61,836 nt of DNA from Methanothrix sp. (lineage in GTDB: Archaea > Halobacteriota > Methanosarcinia > Methanotrichales > Methanotrichaceae): NCBI GenBank assembly GCA_034679645.1, contig JAXDAR010000037.1:1-61836 (forward strand), in the 5' to 3' direction. The position numbers and the translations under genes were made by a program. This document shows, piece by piece, positions 31,308-41,314 of the stretch. The notes below the pieces were generated by a model. It did no database searches. It had not been told where the DNA came from and saw only the letters and a program-made list of their open reading frames with translations. How positions within the stretch are numbered: position 1 is the stretch's first letter; every line of letters begins with the position of its first letter.

Positions 31308-31636
31308 AGCACCTTCAGGCGTCCTTCTCTCTTCAGCTCATCCACAATCTGGCAAATTAATTTATAATCAAGCTCCAGGTCCTCTTCAATCTCGGAGGGA
31401 TAGGCTTCTTTCCTCTCTTGGAAGTATCCCATGACCTCTTTTTTGGCGGTATCGTAATCAACATCACGATATTTAATAGTCTTGATAGCCGCCAGCTTAT
31501 CTCGAATGGCATCCCTCACAAAGTCGGAGGTGTTAAGATAAACACCCGAGGCAACTAATTGCTTTATCTGCTCTAACTCCACAGCGGAGACCTTTGAGCC
31601 CACGACATGCCCAGCAGACCTGACAGTTTCCTGCAT
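31304..31636 (-). CDS. Ribbon-helix-helix protein with C-terminal winged-helix-like domain
   Basis: LEQIKQLVASGVYLNTSDFVRDAIR (RHH) and AYPSEIEEDLELD (HTH). Confidence 0.8.
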   Translation of the reverse strand: MQETVRSAGHVVGSKVSAVELEQIKQLVASGVYLNTSDFVRDAIRDKLAAIKTIKYRDVDYDTAKKEVMGYFQERKEAYPSEIEEDLELDYKLICQIVDELKREGRLKVL

Positions 31637-31937
31637 AGTGGTTTAAAATAGTTAACTTAATTAAAAGACTTTTCGGCCGATATGGGGAAGTATGGCCACC
31701 CATTTATGTGGCATGCTGCAAATATAGCCGCCGCTGCCCGGAGAATGATTGGCTGCAGAGGCAACATAATACTCTTCATGATCCTGGCCTTGAATTCCTG
31801 GAGGAATGAAAGATATCATTTAACCTCTTGACTTCTGCCATTACCACCCTTTCTGAGTCCCGAAGTCATGCCGAGCTCTGTCACATTCACCCCGCGCACA
31901 GCTCGACCTTTAATCTCTGCAGCACCCTGTACTTTCC

Positions 31938-32453
31938 ATGGAAATCGAACTCCATCCGGCAGTCTCCCTGCTCCCCGAGACATTCAATGTCCTGGTTGCC
32001 CCGGTACAGATGCTGGTCAGTGCCCTGAACAGCCACATCGACCTGCAGCGCTACAGGATCCTCTACATCCCGGGCAACTACTCCCGCATTCTCAGCCAGC
32101 TGGATCGCAACATCACCGAGCTGGAGATCCGCCGGGCCTTCACCTCCTTCCAGCTCATGACCATCCTGAATGAGAACCGCCACAGCTTCCTGATCATCGA
32201 GCATGACCCCATGCTCTACCAGGACGGAGAGGAGATGGTGGAGTACATCGCCCGGCATCTGCGCCAGACCTCCAGAGAGGCGACCGTCCTGCTCTACGCA
32301 CCCGCACTGGACTCGCATCTGCAGAGGATGGCCGAGCTGGCCGACCGGGTGTTCTGCTTTTACGAGATGCCAAAAAATTCAGCAAAAGGCCGGGGAAAAG
32401 CCAAACAAAAGATGCAGGAAGGAGCCCAAAGGACACTGGAGGCATACTCGTGA
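31938..32453 (+). CDS. Inactivated RadA-like protein of the PolB2-operon type
   Basis: IRRAFTSFQL motif, no Walker A, C-terminal PIP-like QRTLEAY. Confidence 0.6.
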   Translation: MEIELHPAVSLLPETFNVLVAPVQMLVSALNSHIDLQRYRILYIPGNYSRILSQLDRNITELEIRRAFTSFQLMTILNENRHSFLIIEHDPMLYQDGEEMVEYIARHLRQTSREATVLLYAPALDSHLQRMAELADRVFCFYEMPKNSAKGRGKAKQKMQEGAQRTLEAYS

Positions 32454-32498
32454 TCTGGGAGTATCGAAATGCCGTTCTGGCAGATCATGCTGCGATTA

Positions 32499-32750
32499 TC
32501 ATGTGGCTATATTGTATGCATCCCATGCACAAGCAATCCAAATTATGGGCGCAGCTATGAACTCCAACACCCCCATAGTCACAGTCAAAATTGACACGAC
32601 CAAAATACTACCGAAGAACCATGCTGCTGCCCTCCAGAAATGTCCCGCATAAAACTGTCCTAGACCTATGATCAACAGAGATAAAATTGCAGCCGTTTTC
32701 TTGCCCAGTTTCCCCACCTCATACAGACTAGTAGAGGGGAAGGCAAGCAA
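32499..32750 (-). CDS. Small membrane protein (TM2/DUF5683-like)
   Basis: AAILSLLIIGLGQFYAG...WDAY motif. Confidence 0.7.
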   Translation of the reverse strand: MLAFPSTSLYEVGKLGKKTAAILSLLIIGLGQFYAGHFWRAAAWFFGSILVVSILTVTMGVLEFIAAPIIWIACAWDAYNIAT

Positions 32751-33056
32751 TTATATAATGCTAACCCATTGTTTGACAAAGGCGGCACAAAAAAAAGAAA
32801 TTAATTAATTTATCACATCGACCCGTCGCCGTACCATCTATGGCGGTTTGAGTACCTTGCATGACACATTGCTATGATTTCGAGAGCCAATACAGAGCAT
32901 GAATTAATCGCCTTGCCATTCACATCGTTCGCTATATCTCATCCCACGGAGCCCTGCTCCGGACACCGATTTTTATCTATCTGCACCCTGCTCCGGAATC
33001 TCAACTTCCACCTCATCTCGAAATCCTCTTAAATCGTCCCCACAAATCAATCCCCA

Positions 33057-34043
33057 ATGAATGAGATCCAAAGCCCCACCTATCTCGTCTACGGCGCAGG
33101 AGCCATCGGCAGCGTTCTGGGAGGCTTCCTGCACAATATCAATAGACATGTGACCCTTGCCGGCAGGGGAGCCCATTTTCGAGCCATGCAGCAGGAGGGG
33201 CTGAGGATCACCGGCATCTGGGGCGAGCACCTCGTTCCTCCGGCAGAGATCAGGACCCTCGCCGATCCCAGGAATGAAACCGAGAGGTTCTCGACCATCC
33301 TCTTATCGGTCAAATCCAAGCACACGGAAAAGGCCGCCCAGGAAGCAGCACCACTCTTGGCAGAGGACGGGATCATGGTCTCCATCCAGAACGGCCTGGG
33401 CAACTGGGAGACGATTGCCAGGTTCGTGGGCGAGGAGCGCACAGTCGGAGCGCGGGTGATCTTCGGGGCGGAGATTCCCAGGCCAGGCCTGGCAAAGGTC
33501 ACAGTGAACGCAGACGACGTCCTCTTGGGCGAGCCCTTCTGCCCCGTGAACCGGAAGCTTTTGCAGACCCTGAATGACGACCTCCAGCTATCCGGCATTC
33601 CCGCCCGCCTGGTCTCAAAGGAGGAGATCTGGTCCGCTCTATGGGGAAAGGTGCTCTATAACTGCTCTCTCAACCCCCTGGGGGCCATCCTGGAGGTTCC
33701 CTATGGCCGCCTGGGGGAGAGCGAGGATACCCGGGAGATAATACGAGAGGTAATAGAGGAGATCTATTCAGTGGGCCGCGCCCTGAAGGTCACAATGCCC
33801 TTTCCGGTGGACGAGGATTACTATAGGTATCTATTGGAGGTGCAGCTTCCGCCCACCCGCGATCACCGCGCTAGCATGCTGCAGGATATTCTGGCAAAAA
33901 GAAGGACGGAGATCGAGGCTCTGAACGGGGCCATCTCCCGCCTGGGCAGGGAGAATGGGATCTCTACTCCCTACAATGACCTTCTTGCTCGCCTCATAAG
34001 GTTCAAGGAGATGGGAGGCGAGGATAAGGTGCTGCTGGGATGA
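33057..34043 (+). CDS. panE: 2-dehydropantoate 2-reductase
   Basis: GAGAIG, QNGLG, WGKVLYN and SMLQD..RRTEI..LNG motifs. Confidence 0.92.
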   Translation: MNEIQSPTYLVYGAGAIGSVLGGFLHNINRHVTLAGRGAHFRAMQQEGLRITGIWGEHLVPPAEIRTLADPRNETERFSTILLSVKSKHTEKAAQEAAPLLAEDGIMVSIQNGLGNWETIARFVGEERTVGARVIFGAEIPRPGLAKVTVNADDVLLGEPFCPVNRKLLQTLNDDLQLSGIPARLVSKEEIWSALWGKVLYNCSLNPLGAILEVPYGRLGESEDTREIIREVIEEIYSVGRALKVTMPFPVDEDYYRYLLEVQLPPTRDHRASMLQDILAKRRTEIEALNGAISRLGRENGISTPYNDLLARLIRFKEMGGEDKVLLG

Positions 34044-34134
34044 AAGGGCTGAGATGGTGTGCACACGAGGCAACATTAATCTATATTGTGAGTGTACAGA
34101 GAATAATCGTAACCTTCATTTTCAACATGTGGCT

Positions 34135-34359
34135 TTAAAGATTATCAAAGAACTCATTACGGCTGACACCTGCCTCTTTTAAGATCTCGCTTAATAAGCC
34201 TTTTGGAATATCATTTCCATGAAATGGGACCACAGCTGATTTTTTAATTTTTGGATTATGATAAAAGTGATGACTGCCCCTGATCCTTTCCAGTTCGAAT
34301 CCACACTTTTCGAGGATTCTTGCCAGCTTTTCAGGTGATATGGATGGTAATTTCGCCAT
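34135..34359 (-). CDS. hicA: HicA-family toxin
   Basis: LEKCGFELERIRGSH...VVPFH..DIPKGLL. Confidence 0.92.
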   Translation of the reverse strand: MAKLPSISPEKLARILEKCGFELERIRGSHHFYHNPKIKKSAVVPFHGNDIPKGLLSEILKEAGVSRNEFFDNL

Positions 34360-34388
34360 TCTAGGATCAGTGATTTCTATTCAAGGAT

Positions 34389-34625
34389 TCAGGCGTTCGC
34401 TTCAACTGCAATAGTGCACACCACTGAATTGCTGTCTTCGACGGGCACTTCTTCACCGCGCTCAATCATGCAAGCTATAAAGCCTTCTATAGCCTCCTTT
34501 GCCATCTCCATCGCTTCCTCAACTGTCCTGCCGAATGTAAGGCAGCCTGGTAGCGAAGGCACAATTACGGTATAAGTTCCATCCTCCTCTTTTCGGAGCA
34601 GAATTCTGTAGTATAAGGTCTTCAT
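34389..34625 (-). CDS. hicB: HicB-family antitoxin
   Basis: YTVIVPSLPGCLTFGRTVEEAMEMAKEAI. Start taken at MKTLYY. Confidence 0.92.
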   Translation of the reverse strand: MKTLYYRILLRKEEDGTYTVIVPSLPGCLTFGRTVEEAMEMAKEAIEGFIACMIERGEEVPVEDSNSVVCTIAVEANA

Positions 34626-34743
34626 TGTCACAGTCCTTAAGCGGTATTGATATTTGATCTTGGCGAAGGAAGTATCGGCCTTTTCCCCCAGGCTTGCCAT
34701 ACGAGGAGTAAGCGGAATGAGTTTACGATAGGATTCAATAGCC

Positions 34744-35364
34744 TCAAACGACATACGGTATGAACATCTTCGTCCTCTTTTTGTACTCAAGATATTCCTC
34801 GCCGAACTCCTTTTCCATATCCGCCTCCTCTCTTTTCGCCAGCCGGTAGTAGAGGACGAGCAGCAGGACATACAAAATAAGCAAGGGCAGTGTGACCCAT
34901 TCCAGCATCATTCCAAAGGTGATCAAAAAGAAGCCGATATATTGCGGATGGCGGATAAGGCGGTATATGCCCGTCTGCACCAGCCGTCCCTCTCCCGCGT
35001 CCATTCTCCAGTATTCCTGATGAATCTTCCTCCAGCCGACCAGAACCAGGGCGATGCCCAGCAGGGAGACCATGATCCCCAGATACATCCCCCCCAGGCC
35101 GATGTACTGGCCCAGGGTGTGGCCCCATAAGACCCCCTCCGGCAGCCAGAGGCCAAACAGCCAGCCAAGGGCATACATGCTGAAGGGAACCCCGAACATC
35201 TCCACCGCAAACGCCAGCACAAAAGCGGCATAGACTCCAGCCGGTTTTATATGGCTCTTCTTGTAGAAGGGAACGAAAAGAAAAAAGACGCCGTAAATGA
35301 CTATCCAGACAAGAACCGCCCACCACATTCCAAAGTGAGACCAGATATCCTCGTTCAATACCAT
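34744..35364 (-). CDS. Isoprenylcysteine carboxyl methyltransferase / PEMT-family membrane protein
   Basis: LVQTGIYRLIRHPQY and EE....EFG..Y..Y motifs. Confidence 0.88.
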   Translation of the reverse strand: MVLNEDIWSHFGMWWAVLVWIVIYGVFFLFVPFYKKSHIKPAGVYAAFVLAFAVEMFGVPFSMYALGWLFGLWLPEGVLWGHTLGQYIGLGGMYLGIMVSLLGIALVLVGWRKIHQEYWRMDAGEGRLVQTGIYRLIRHPQYIGFFLITFGMMLEWVTLPLLILYVLLLVLYYRLAKREEADMEKEFGEEYLEYKKRTKMFIPYVV

Positions 35365-35525
35365 AGCAGGTCATCTGATTTAATTTTATTTGACATTGCG
35401 CACTATTCAGTCTTGGACTGAGCCTGATGAATTAAGCGCATTGATCTTTAAGTACCTTTCTGCAAAAGAAAAGCTTTTTCATCTATCCGGGACTATATAT
35501 AATGTGAAAAAGCGGAGTCGAGGAA

Positions 35526-35900
35526 ATGGAAGAGCTGAGCGATATTCTGAAGACCATCACCGCGGAGATGCAAAAGGCACTTTCCCCCCGGACTGCAGTG
35601 GGCGATCCCATCACTGTGGAGGGAAGGACCATCATCCCCCTGATGAGCGTGGGGATGGGATTTGGCGCTGGATCGGGAAAGGGAAAGGAGAGCGAACCCG
35701 GAGGAGCCGGTGGGGGCGGCCTGGGGATGAAGCCCATCGCAGTGGTGATAATCGACCAGCAGGGAGTGAGAATAGAGAGGATGACAGTGAGCCATGACTC
35801 TCTGGTCGATCATCTGGTGGATGCCGTACCCAGGTTTGTGGATAACATCTCCCGCAAGAAGGAGACCCGGGTACAGATCGAGGGAGGAGGCGAGGCCTGA
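35526..35900 (+). CDS. YtfJ/GerW-family protein
   Basis: VGDPI...TIIPL...GFGAG...GGAGGG..PIAV pattern. Confidence 0.88.
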   Translation: MEELSDILKTITAEMQKALSPRTAVGDPITVEGRTIIPLMSVGMGFGAGSGKGKESEPGGAGGGGLGMKPIAVVIIDQQGVRIERMTVSHDSLVDHLVDAVPRFVDNISRKKETRVQIEGGGEA

Positions 35901-36007
35901 AGGCCGTTCGGAGTGGCAGAGCGGTTCAGATCCAAGCAATTATCTTTTGGTCTCAATCAGCCGACGACAAACCATTCACGAACCGCTATAGCTTTACGGT
36001 TTATGGT

Positions 36008-37156
36008 TTATAGGACTCTTTTCAGCAAGGGGACTCGTCTGAATATGAAGTGGCTGGCCAAAAAGCAGAGTGGAACGGCTATGGCAGATGAGACGATGAA
36101 CTTTGCAATCGGATGCCACGCCAGATCCCTCAAAGCCAGGCTCACCAAAATCAGAATAGGGGGATGGAAGAGATAGAGGGAGAAGGAGTTATCGGACAAG
36201 AATCTCGCCCATTTTCCCTGCCAGTTCAGGCGCTCTCTGAACAATACTATGAGTCCTAGGCAGGTGCCCACACAGAAAAATGACTCCCACAGAGCATAAG
36301 CGGCACTCTGCCAGTGTAGCCCTCCTTGGTATTTTGAAAAATCGCCTGAATCCAATATCCCCCCTAGAATCATTATGGCCAGCCAGAAGATAGAGCCGCC
36401 GATAAGCGCAGCCTTAAACCAGATCATTCCCCGGGAATAAGGAATTCGGAGCAGCCAGTTATTTCTGCAGGCGATGATCCCTGCGATAAAAAGGATGATG
36501 TATGTGGAGAAAAAGCCGAGCTGCATATTCATCAGGTCGGTGCCGATAGGCTGGACCAGGCGAATGGCATAAGCGCCTGCAGAAATCAGCAGGACGATCT
36601 TGGCCACGGCAATATGTCCAGGAAGCTCTCCTTTTGGATTGGGCCTTTCACTGCCCGGAGAATTTTGCTGGTAGGCTGCATATAGGGCCGAAAAGATGAG
36701 AAGAGCAAGGGCAAACCACATCGGTCCGCTTTCCCCCAGGAAATTCAAACTTTGTATATATTCCAAAAAATACTTGCTTAATGATGGACTGGGCGCTGTC
36801 CATTGGGATGCCAGAAGAAAATAATCTATCACCGGATAAATAATGAGCATGTAGATCAGGGTGGGGATGCCCAGCCTAATTACCCGATCCCTCAGGAATC
36901 CGCCCAAACCCTTGCGGTCGAGCGAACCAGGGACGAAATAACCGGCGATCAGGAAGAGCAGACCCATAGAATATGCTTGGGTGAAAGTCAGAATGATGCC
37001 GAAGAACATGGTGGAGGCAAGATCAAGCTTTACAGGCTCATAATAGTACCACCTCCCCATATTGGAATAAGTCACAGCCGAATGCATTATGACCACGAGA
37101 GAGATGATAAACCATCGAATGTTATCAATGAAGTATAGGCGACCTGGCTTGGCCAT
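36008..37156 (-). CDS. Acyltransferase-3 (MdoC/OpgC-like) membrane O-acyltransferase
   Basis: RLYFIDNIR...H, MGLLFLIAGYF, DRVIRLGIP, GPMWF and YLFHP motifs. Confidence 0.9.
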   Translation of the reverse strand: MAKPGRLYFIDNIRWFIISLVVIMHSAVTYSNMGRWYYYEPVKLDLASTMFFGIILTFTQAYSMGLLFLIAGYFVPGSLDRKGLGGFLRDRVIRLGIPTLIYMLIIYPVIDYFLLASQWTAPSPSLSKYFLEYIQSLNFLGESGPMWFALALLIFSALYAAYQQNSPGSERPNPKGELPGHIAVAKIVLLISAGAYAIRLVQPIGTDLMNMQLGFFSTYIILFIAGIIACRNNWLLRIPYSRGMIWFKAALIGGSIFWLAIMILGGILDSGDFSKYQGGLHWQSAAYALWESFFCVGTCLGLIVLFRERLNWQGKWARFLSDNSFSLYLFHPPILILVSLALRDLAWHPIAKFIVSSAIAVPLCFLASHFIFRRVPLLKRVL

Positions 37157-37346
37157 ATGTCTCTCCTGCGTTATTTATCAACTCTGAAAGAAGCTTGCCA
37201 ATCTCCATTATGATATTGCAGGAGAGAATTTAGCCAATCCGGCGGGACATGGAAGTTCAATATCCCGTTGGTTATCCTTTGAAAGAAAAATAAGGATATG
37301 GTCACTCACTACCATGAGAGCAGCCATCATATCTATCATTACGATG

Positions 37347-37799
37347 TTAGACCACAAGCTCCTTGCCTGCTTCCTGCCAGGCAGGAATTCCCCCCTGCAC
37401 AATCCATGCGTCGCGGTCACCGAATACTCTTAGCATAGCTACAGAGAGGGCCGAGTTGGTATCGTAGGTGCAGACCACTGCAATCTTCTTGTCAGTAGGA
37501 ACGGCATCCATGTCAGAGACGATGTTCGTGAATGGGATGTTCATAGAATTGAGAATATGTCCTGTTGCATAGCCCTCCTCAGGTCTTACATCCAGTATGA
37601 CCCAATCTGCCATTTCGGTCTCGTTCTCCGTTGCATTAATCACGTCTGATATAGAGATTAGATACAAGCCGTTATCCATCATGCCCTTCATGACTTCATC
37701 TGCTTTCATCATATAGTCAGGCGAAGTCTCTTGCCCGGCTGCCATCAGGCTGAGAAATGGTATTAGTACTGCCAATATTGTCACAATTATCCTTTTCAT
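37347..37799 (-). CDS. Exported rhodanese-domain protein
   Basis: Signal peptide, ILDVR..EGY..GHI..S.NIP, active-site Cys and GGIPAW. Confidence 0.88.
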   Translation of the reverse strand: MKRIIVTILAVLIPFLSLMAAGQETSPDYMMKADEVMKGMMDNGLYLISISDVINATENETEMADWVILDVRPEEGYATGHILNSMNIPFTNIVSDMDAVPTDKKIAVVCTYDTNSALSVAMLRVFGDRDAWIVQGGIPAWQEAGKELVV

Positions 37800-38100
37800 A
37801 GAAATCACAATCCTATTCACGCAGGCAAAATATTTAAGTATTACTACAAAATGGCAAATTGATTTATTAATATTGTCTAATTTGCCATTATATCATTAAT
37901 TATAATGCAAAATGCTTTTTATTGGGCAAAACCAAGGATTTTGCTGGTCGCGGCATCCTTCTTGAATGGTGATTCGAATTATTCTTTCCTATATCCGGGC
38001 CTGCCCCATGCCAGCTTTTGCCTACCTTCCCCGGGCCCATGATCCTCGTCCCCCCTTTGATCGAAAGCTTTTTTATACTCTAATTCAGTCCTTCTGGGGA

Positions 38101-38391
38101 ATGAGCGAGGGAAATATCGAAGAAGAAAAGAAGAGCGCTGCCAAGCAGAAGCCCGATCTTAAGAGTAAGCTGGACCTCAAAAGCAAGCTGGACTTGGACG
38201 ATGTGGATTTGGGGGTCACCATGCCCTCCACCAACATAAATGAATACATCCGCGTCCTCAAGCTGGCCAGAAAGCCCACCCGAGAGGAGTTCAATATGAT
38301 CGCCAAGGTATCCATGGCCGGCATTGGCATCATCGGGTCCCTGGGCTTTGTCATATACGCATTGCTCACTGAACTACCAAAAATGTTTTAG
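38101..38391 (+). CDS. secE: Protein translocase SecE/Sec61-gamma
   Basis: EYIRVLKLARKPTREEF followed by a TM helix. Confidence 0.93.
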   Translation: MSEGNIEEEKKSAAKQKPDLKSKLDLKSKLDLDDVDLGVTMPSTNINEYIRVLKLARKPTREEFNMIAKVSMAGIGIIGSLGFVIYALLTELPKMF

Positions 38392-38459
38392 GAAAAGGCT
38401 GCCCTCTTTCGAGCAGCCTCAAGCTGGCAATGCTCTGAGTCTCTGACCGCTCTGCCAGT

Positions 38460-39560
38460 CTATTTAGCCTGGGCTTTGTTCATGGCCCGGAGAGTGGCTC
38501 CGAACTCAGATTCCACAATTGAGCTCACCCCCATGGTCTTGGGATGGAGATCGATCTCCACCATGACATGCTGGTGGCCCAGATCGCGCAGGGGCTTGAC
38601 CTGGCGGGGGCCGTTGGTGATGGAGAAGATCTCCAGCCCCCGCAGGGCGGATGCAGTCAGGGCATGGGGCACACCGGATACCACGGCGAAGTCGTAGCCC
38701 CCCTTCTGCGCCTTTCGGGCGATTACATCTCCCGTAACCGGATACTCGTCCAGACCTCCGATGAGGCTGAACTGGACGCCCCTCTTTCTTAGGTCGCGAG
38801 CGACATTGGCTGCATCCCTCCTCACCTTGGGCAGGCCGAGCTGATCGTCCAGGTTGGCCAGGGTGTCAACCTGTTCTCCTGCCACCTCGGCCACCGCGGC
38901 GGTGATGTCCGCAAACATGTAGGCGGTCTCCTTCTTGGCATTGAGGATATTCAGCCCCCGCTTCCCCTGGCGGATCAGCTCCAATAGCCTTTCCGCTCCC
39001 TGATACTTCAGGTCGCCCCTCTCCGGAGCCAGGTACTCAGCACTGGCCGCACCCCGCAGCCGTTCCACCTCCGTCGCCTTCTCCAACAGGCTCTTTTGGC
39101 GAACGAACTCCTGCTCATCTATTATCCCCAGGTCCCTTGCCGCCTCCAGAGTGATGATCACCCCTTTGGTGTTATCCCTGTAGCCGGCATGAACCTCCAC
39201 CTCCAGTACGGGGATATCCAGCTCCGCCTCCAAAACCGCCTGATGCAGGTCATCGCCGATGATCATACTGCTACAGGTTCCGGATATGGCCATCAGCCGG
39301 GGATGAAACAGCTCTACCGCCTTCTTTAGAAGGGCAGTCAGAGGCCTGTGGCCGCCGAAGACAAATCCCGCTTCGTCTAGTGCAGTTGTCAGCACCCTCA
39401 CCCCATCCTCCTCCAGCAGACGGGCATGCTTAAAGCAGCACCCGCTGGGGCCGTGCAGTATGACCACCTCCGCTCCCAGGTCCCTCAGGGTATACAAAGC
39501 AGCCACAATCGAGCTCGGCCTGGGATGAAGCACATTCAAATTTTGTATTTCGCTTGCCAT
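38460..39560 (-). CDS. cfbD: Ni-sirohydrochlorin a,c-diamide reductive cyclase catalytic subunit
   Basis: [33 protein letters not shown] and EIDLHPKT motifs. Confidence 0.95.
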   Translation of the reverse strand: MASEIQNLNVLHPRPSSIVAALYTLRDLGAEVVILHGPSGCCFKHARLLEEDGVRVLTTALDEAGFVFGGHRPLTALLKKAVELFHPRLMAISGTCSSMIIGDDLHQAVLEAELDIPVLEVEVHAGYRDNTKGVIITLEAARDLGIIDEQEFVRQKSLLEKATEVERLRGAASAEYLAPERGDLKYQGAERLLELIRQGKRGLNILNAKKETAYMFADITAAVAEVAGEQVDTLANLDDQLGLPKVRRDAANVARDLRKRGVQFSLIGGLDEYPVTGDVIARKAQKGGYDFAVVSGVPHALTASALRGLEIFSITNGPRQVKPLRDLGHQHVMVEIDLHPKTMGVSSIVESEFGATLRAMNKAQAK

Positions 39561-39567
39561 TTATTTA

Positions 39568-40821
39568 TCACCTGAAACACTTAACCGCACCAAGCAGCCT
39601 CTTGGGGCAGGAGAATTGGGCCATCTCCAGCCCATCCTCCCGATTTTTTGCCATCTTCGCCCCCAGATCCGCCGCTAGAGGGCGGAGCCTCTCGCCCACC
39701 AGGATCAGCTCACCGATCTCCGAACGCCTCTCCCGCAATAGCTCCGTCAGGAGGGGGATATCCAGCCCCTCGCAGACCGTCTGGGCATCCTCTCCCACCA
39801 CCAGGGTCAAATCGGGACCCTGAAGCTTATCCAGGGCCCGTCTCACATCGGCCACCTTCAGCCCGGAGTTGGAGCTATCGAACACCGTCTGCTCGCCCCG
39901 CCGCTCGACCTTCATCCGGCCGGGAAAGCCGCCAAATCCCTCCAGCGCCCGCGCGACCTCCTCTCTTTCCACCCCCAGCAGCTCAGCAGCTGCTGCCGCC
40001 GCGGATATTGCCGTCTGATAGCCGGGAAAATCCAGATCCTCGCCCAAAGATAGCCCGAGCCTCTCCCCTCCATAGACCAGCCCACCGGGCAGGGCCCGGA
40101 CCCGGCCTCCTTCGGCAAAAGAGATGTCAGGCGATATCCGGCAATCGGCGTTGGCCACGAGCCTTGACCCTCTGCGGGCCAAAGAGAGCATCTGCAGTTT
40201 GGCGGTGCTCGCCCACCTGCTGCCGGCGGCTATGCGGTAGTCATTGGCAAAGCTGGTCAGAATTCCCAGTTCACTCCTGCCCGTTCCCCCTAAAGAGATC
40301 TCGCATATCAGAGCCTCTGCCCCCTGAGCGAGTGCCTCTTCCGCCGCCAGGATCACATTTGCCGGGGTGATGCTCAGCCCCTCTCTCAAGAGCCTGGGCC
40401 TGCCCCCGGACCATACCTCCAGGCCGCGGGTAGTATGGGATAGGGCCTTTTTTTGGCGGGACAAGATCATGGCCAGTAAAAGTACAGTGGTGGTCTTGCT
40501 GTGCGTCCCTGTGACCTCGATTCTCAATAGATCATCGGAGATCGAGCCCATGAGCTCGCCCACCGCCTGATGATGGCTGATGATCCTCTTACCAAGACAC
40601 CTCGCCTGGAGCAGATGGGGATTGGCTGGTGAGAGGTGCACTGGTGCCACCACCTCATCGAAGGCATCAAGGCTGGCAGTGTGATGGTACACCTCCAGGG
40701 GCTCGGCCTGGATGCCGCTCTTGACCATCCTCCGGGCGATGACCTCTGCACCGTGAATGGTATCCAGGACAGCTACTCTAGAGACTCTTCCGCCCGCTTT
40801 ATCGCCAGTGCTGCAATGCAT
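39568..40821 (-). CDS. cfbE: Coenzyme F430 synthase (Mur-ligase-like)
   Basis: LDTIHG, EVTG..SKTTT, SITPA, EISLGGTG and KCFR C-terminus. Confidence 0.92.
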   Translation of the reverse strand: MHCSTGDKAGGRVSRVAVLDTIHGAEVIARRMVKSGIQAEPLEVYHHTASLDAFDEVVAPVHLSPANPHLLQARCLGKRIISHHQAVGELMGSISDDLLRIEVTGTHSKTTTVLLLAMILSRQKKALSHTTRGLEVWSGGRPRLLREGLSITPANVILAAEEALAQGAEALICEISLGGTGRSELGILTSFANDYRIAAGSRWASTAKLQMLSLARRGSRLVANADCRISPDISFAEGGRVRALPGGLVYGGERLGLSLGEDLDFPGYQTAISAAAAAAELLGVEREEVARALEGFGGFPGRMKVERRGEQTVFDSSNSGLKVADVRRALDKLQGPDLTLVVGEDAQTVCEGLDIPLLTELLRERRSEIGELILVGERLRPLAADLGAKMAKNREDGLEMAQFSCPKRLLGAVKCFR

Positions 40822-41168
40822 TCGTCCACGCCCAGGGGCTCGGCGCAGATTACCTCCACCTCATCCCCCCAGATGTTCAAGACGCCTCTGCGCTTCTCCG
40901 GGTCCACCCCCAGCTCGTGTGGTATATCCTGGCGGGTGTGCACCCCATGGGCCAGGAAGAGGGGCAGAGCGACGATCTTCTTCACTCCCGTCCCCTGAAA
41001 GCTCTTCAGGCCGGTGGGGATGTCTGGCTGGTCCATATTGAGATAAGCGGTCCTGACCGGCCCGGAGCTATTGCTCTTGCCGATCATCTGGGCGAGGGAC
41101 TCCACCAGCTCCTTATTGAATGGCAAGCTGGAACCATGCCCCAGTACGAGTATGCCTACGTCCTTCAT
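40773..41168 (-). CDS. cfbA: Sirohydrochlorin nickel chelatase
   Basis: GHGS, PLFLAHGVH..DIP and EPLG motifs; located in the cfb cluster. Confidence 0.92.
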   Translation of the reverse strand: MKDVGILVLGHGSSLPFNKELVESLAQMIGKSNSSGPVRTAYLNMDQPDIPTGLKSFQGTGVKKIVALPLFLAHGVHTRQDIPHELGVDPEKRRGVLNIWGDEVEVICAEPLGVDECIAALAIKRAEESLE

Positions 41169-41270
41169 GAAAACACCAGTATTACTTTTAGCTGTTCTCG
41201 TGTTAAAAGATGGATTGTAATCGTGAGTACTAAACCCTTTCGAGACAAATATCAACTCCGGGGCAGGGTG

Positions 41271-41294
41271 GGCCGGGAATTCTATCCCCGGCCT
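41271..41294. terminator. GC-rich hairpin between afpA and cfbA
   Basis: Inverted repeat ggccggg...cccggcc. Confidence 0.35.
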
Positions 41295-41314
41295 GCCAAA
41301 ACCGCCTCTCCGGA

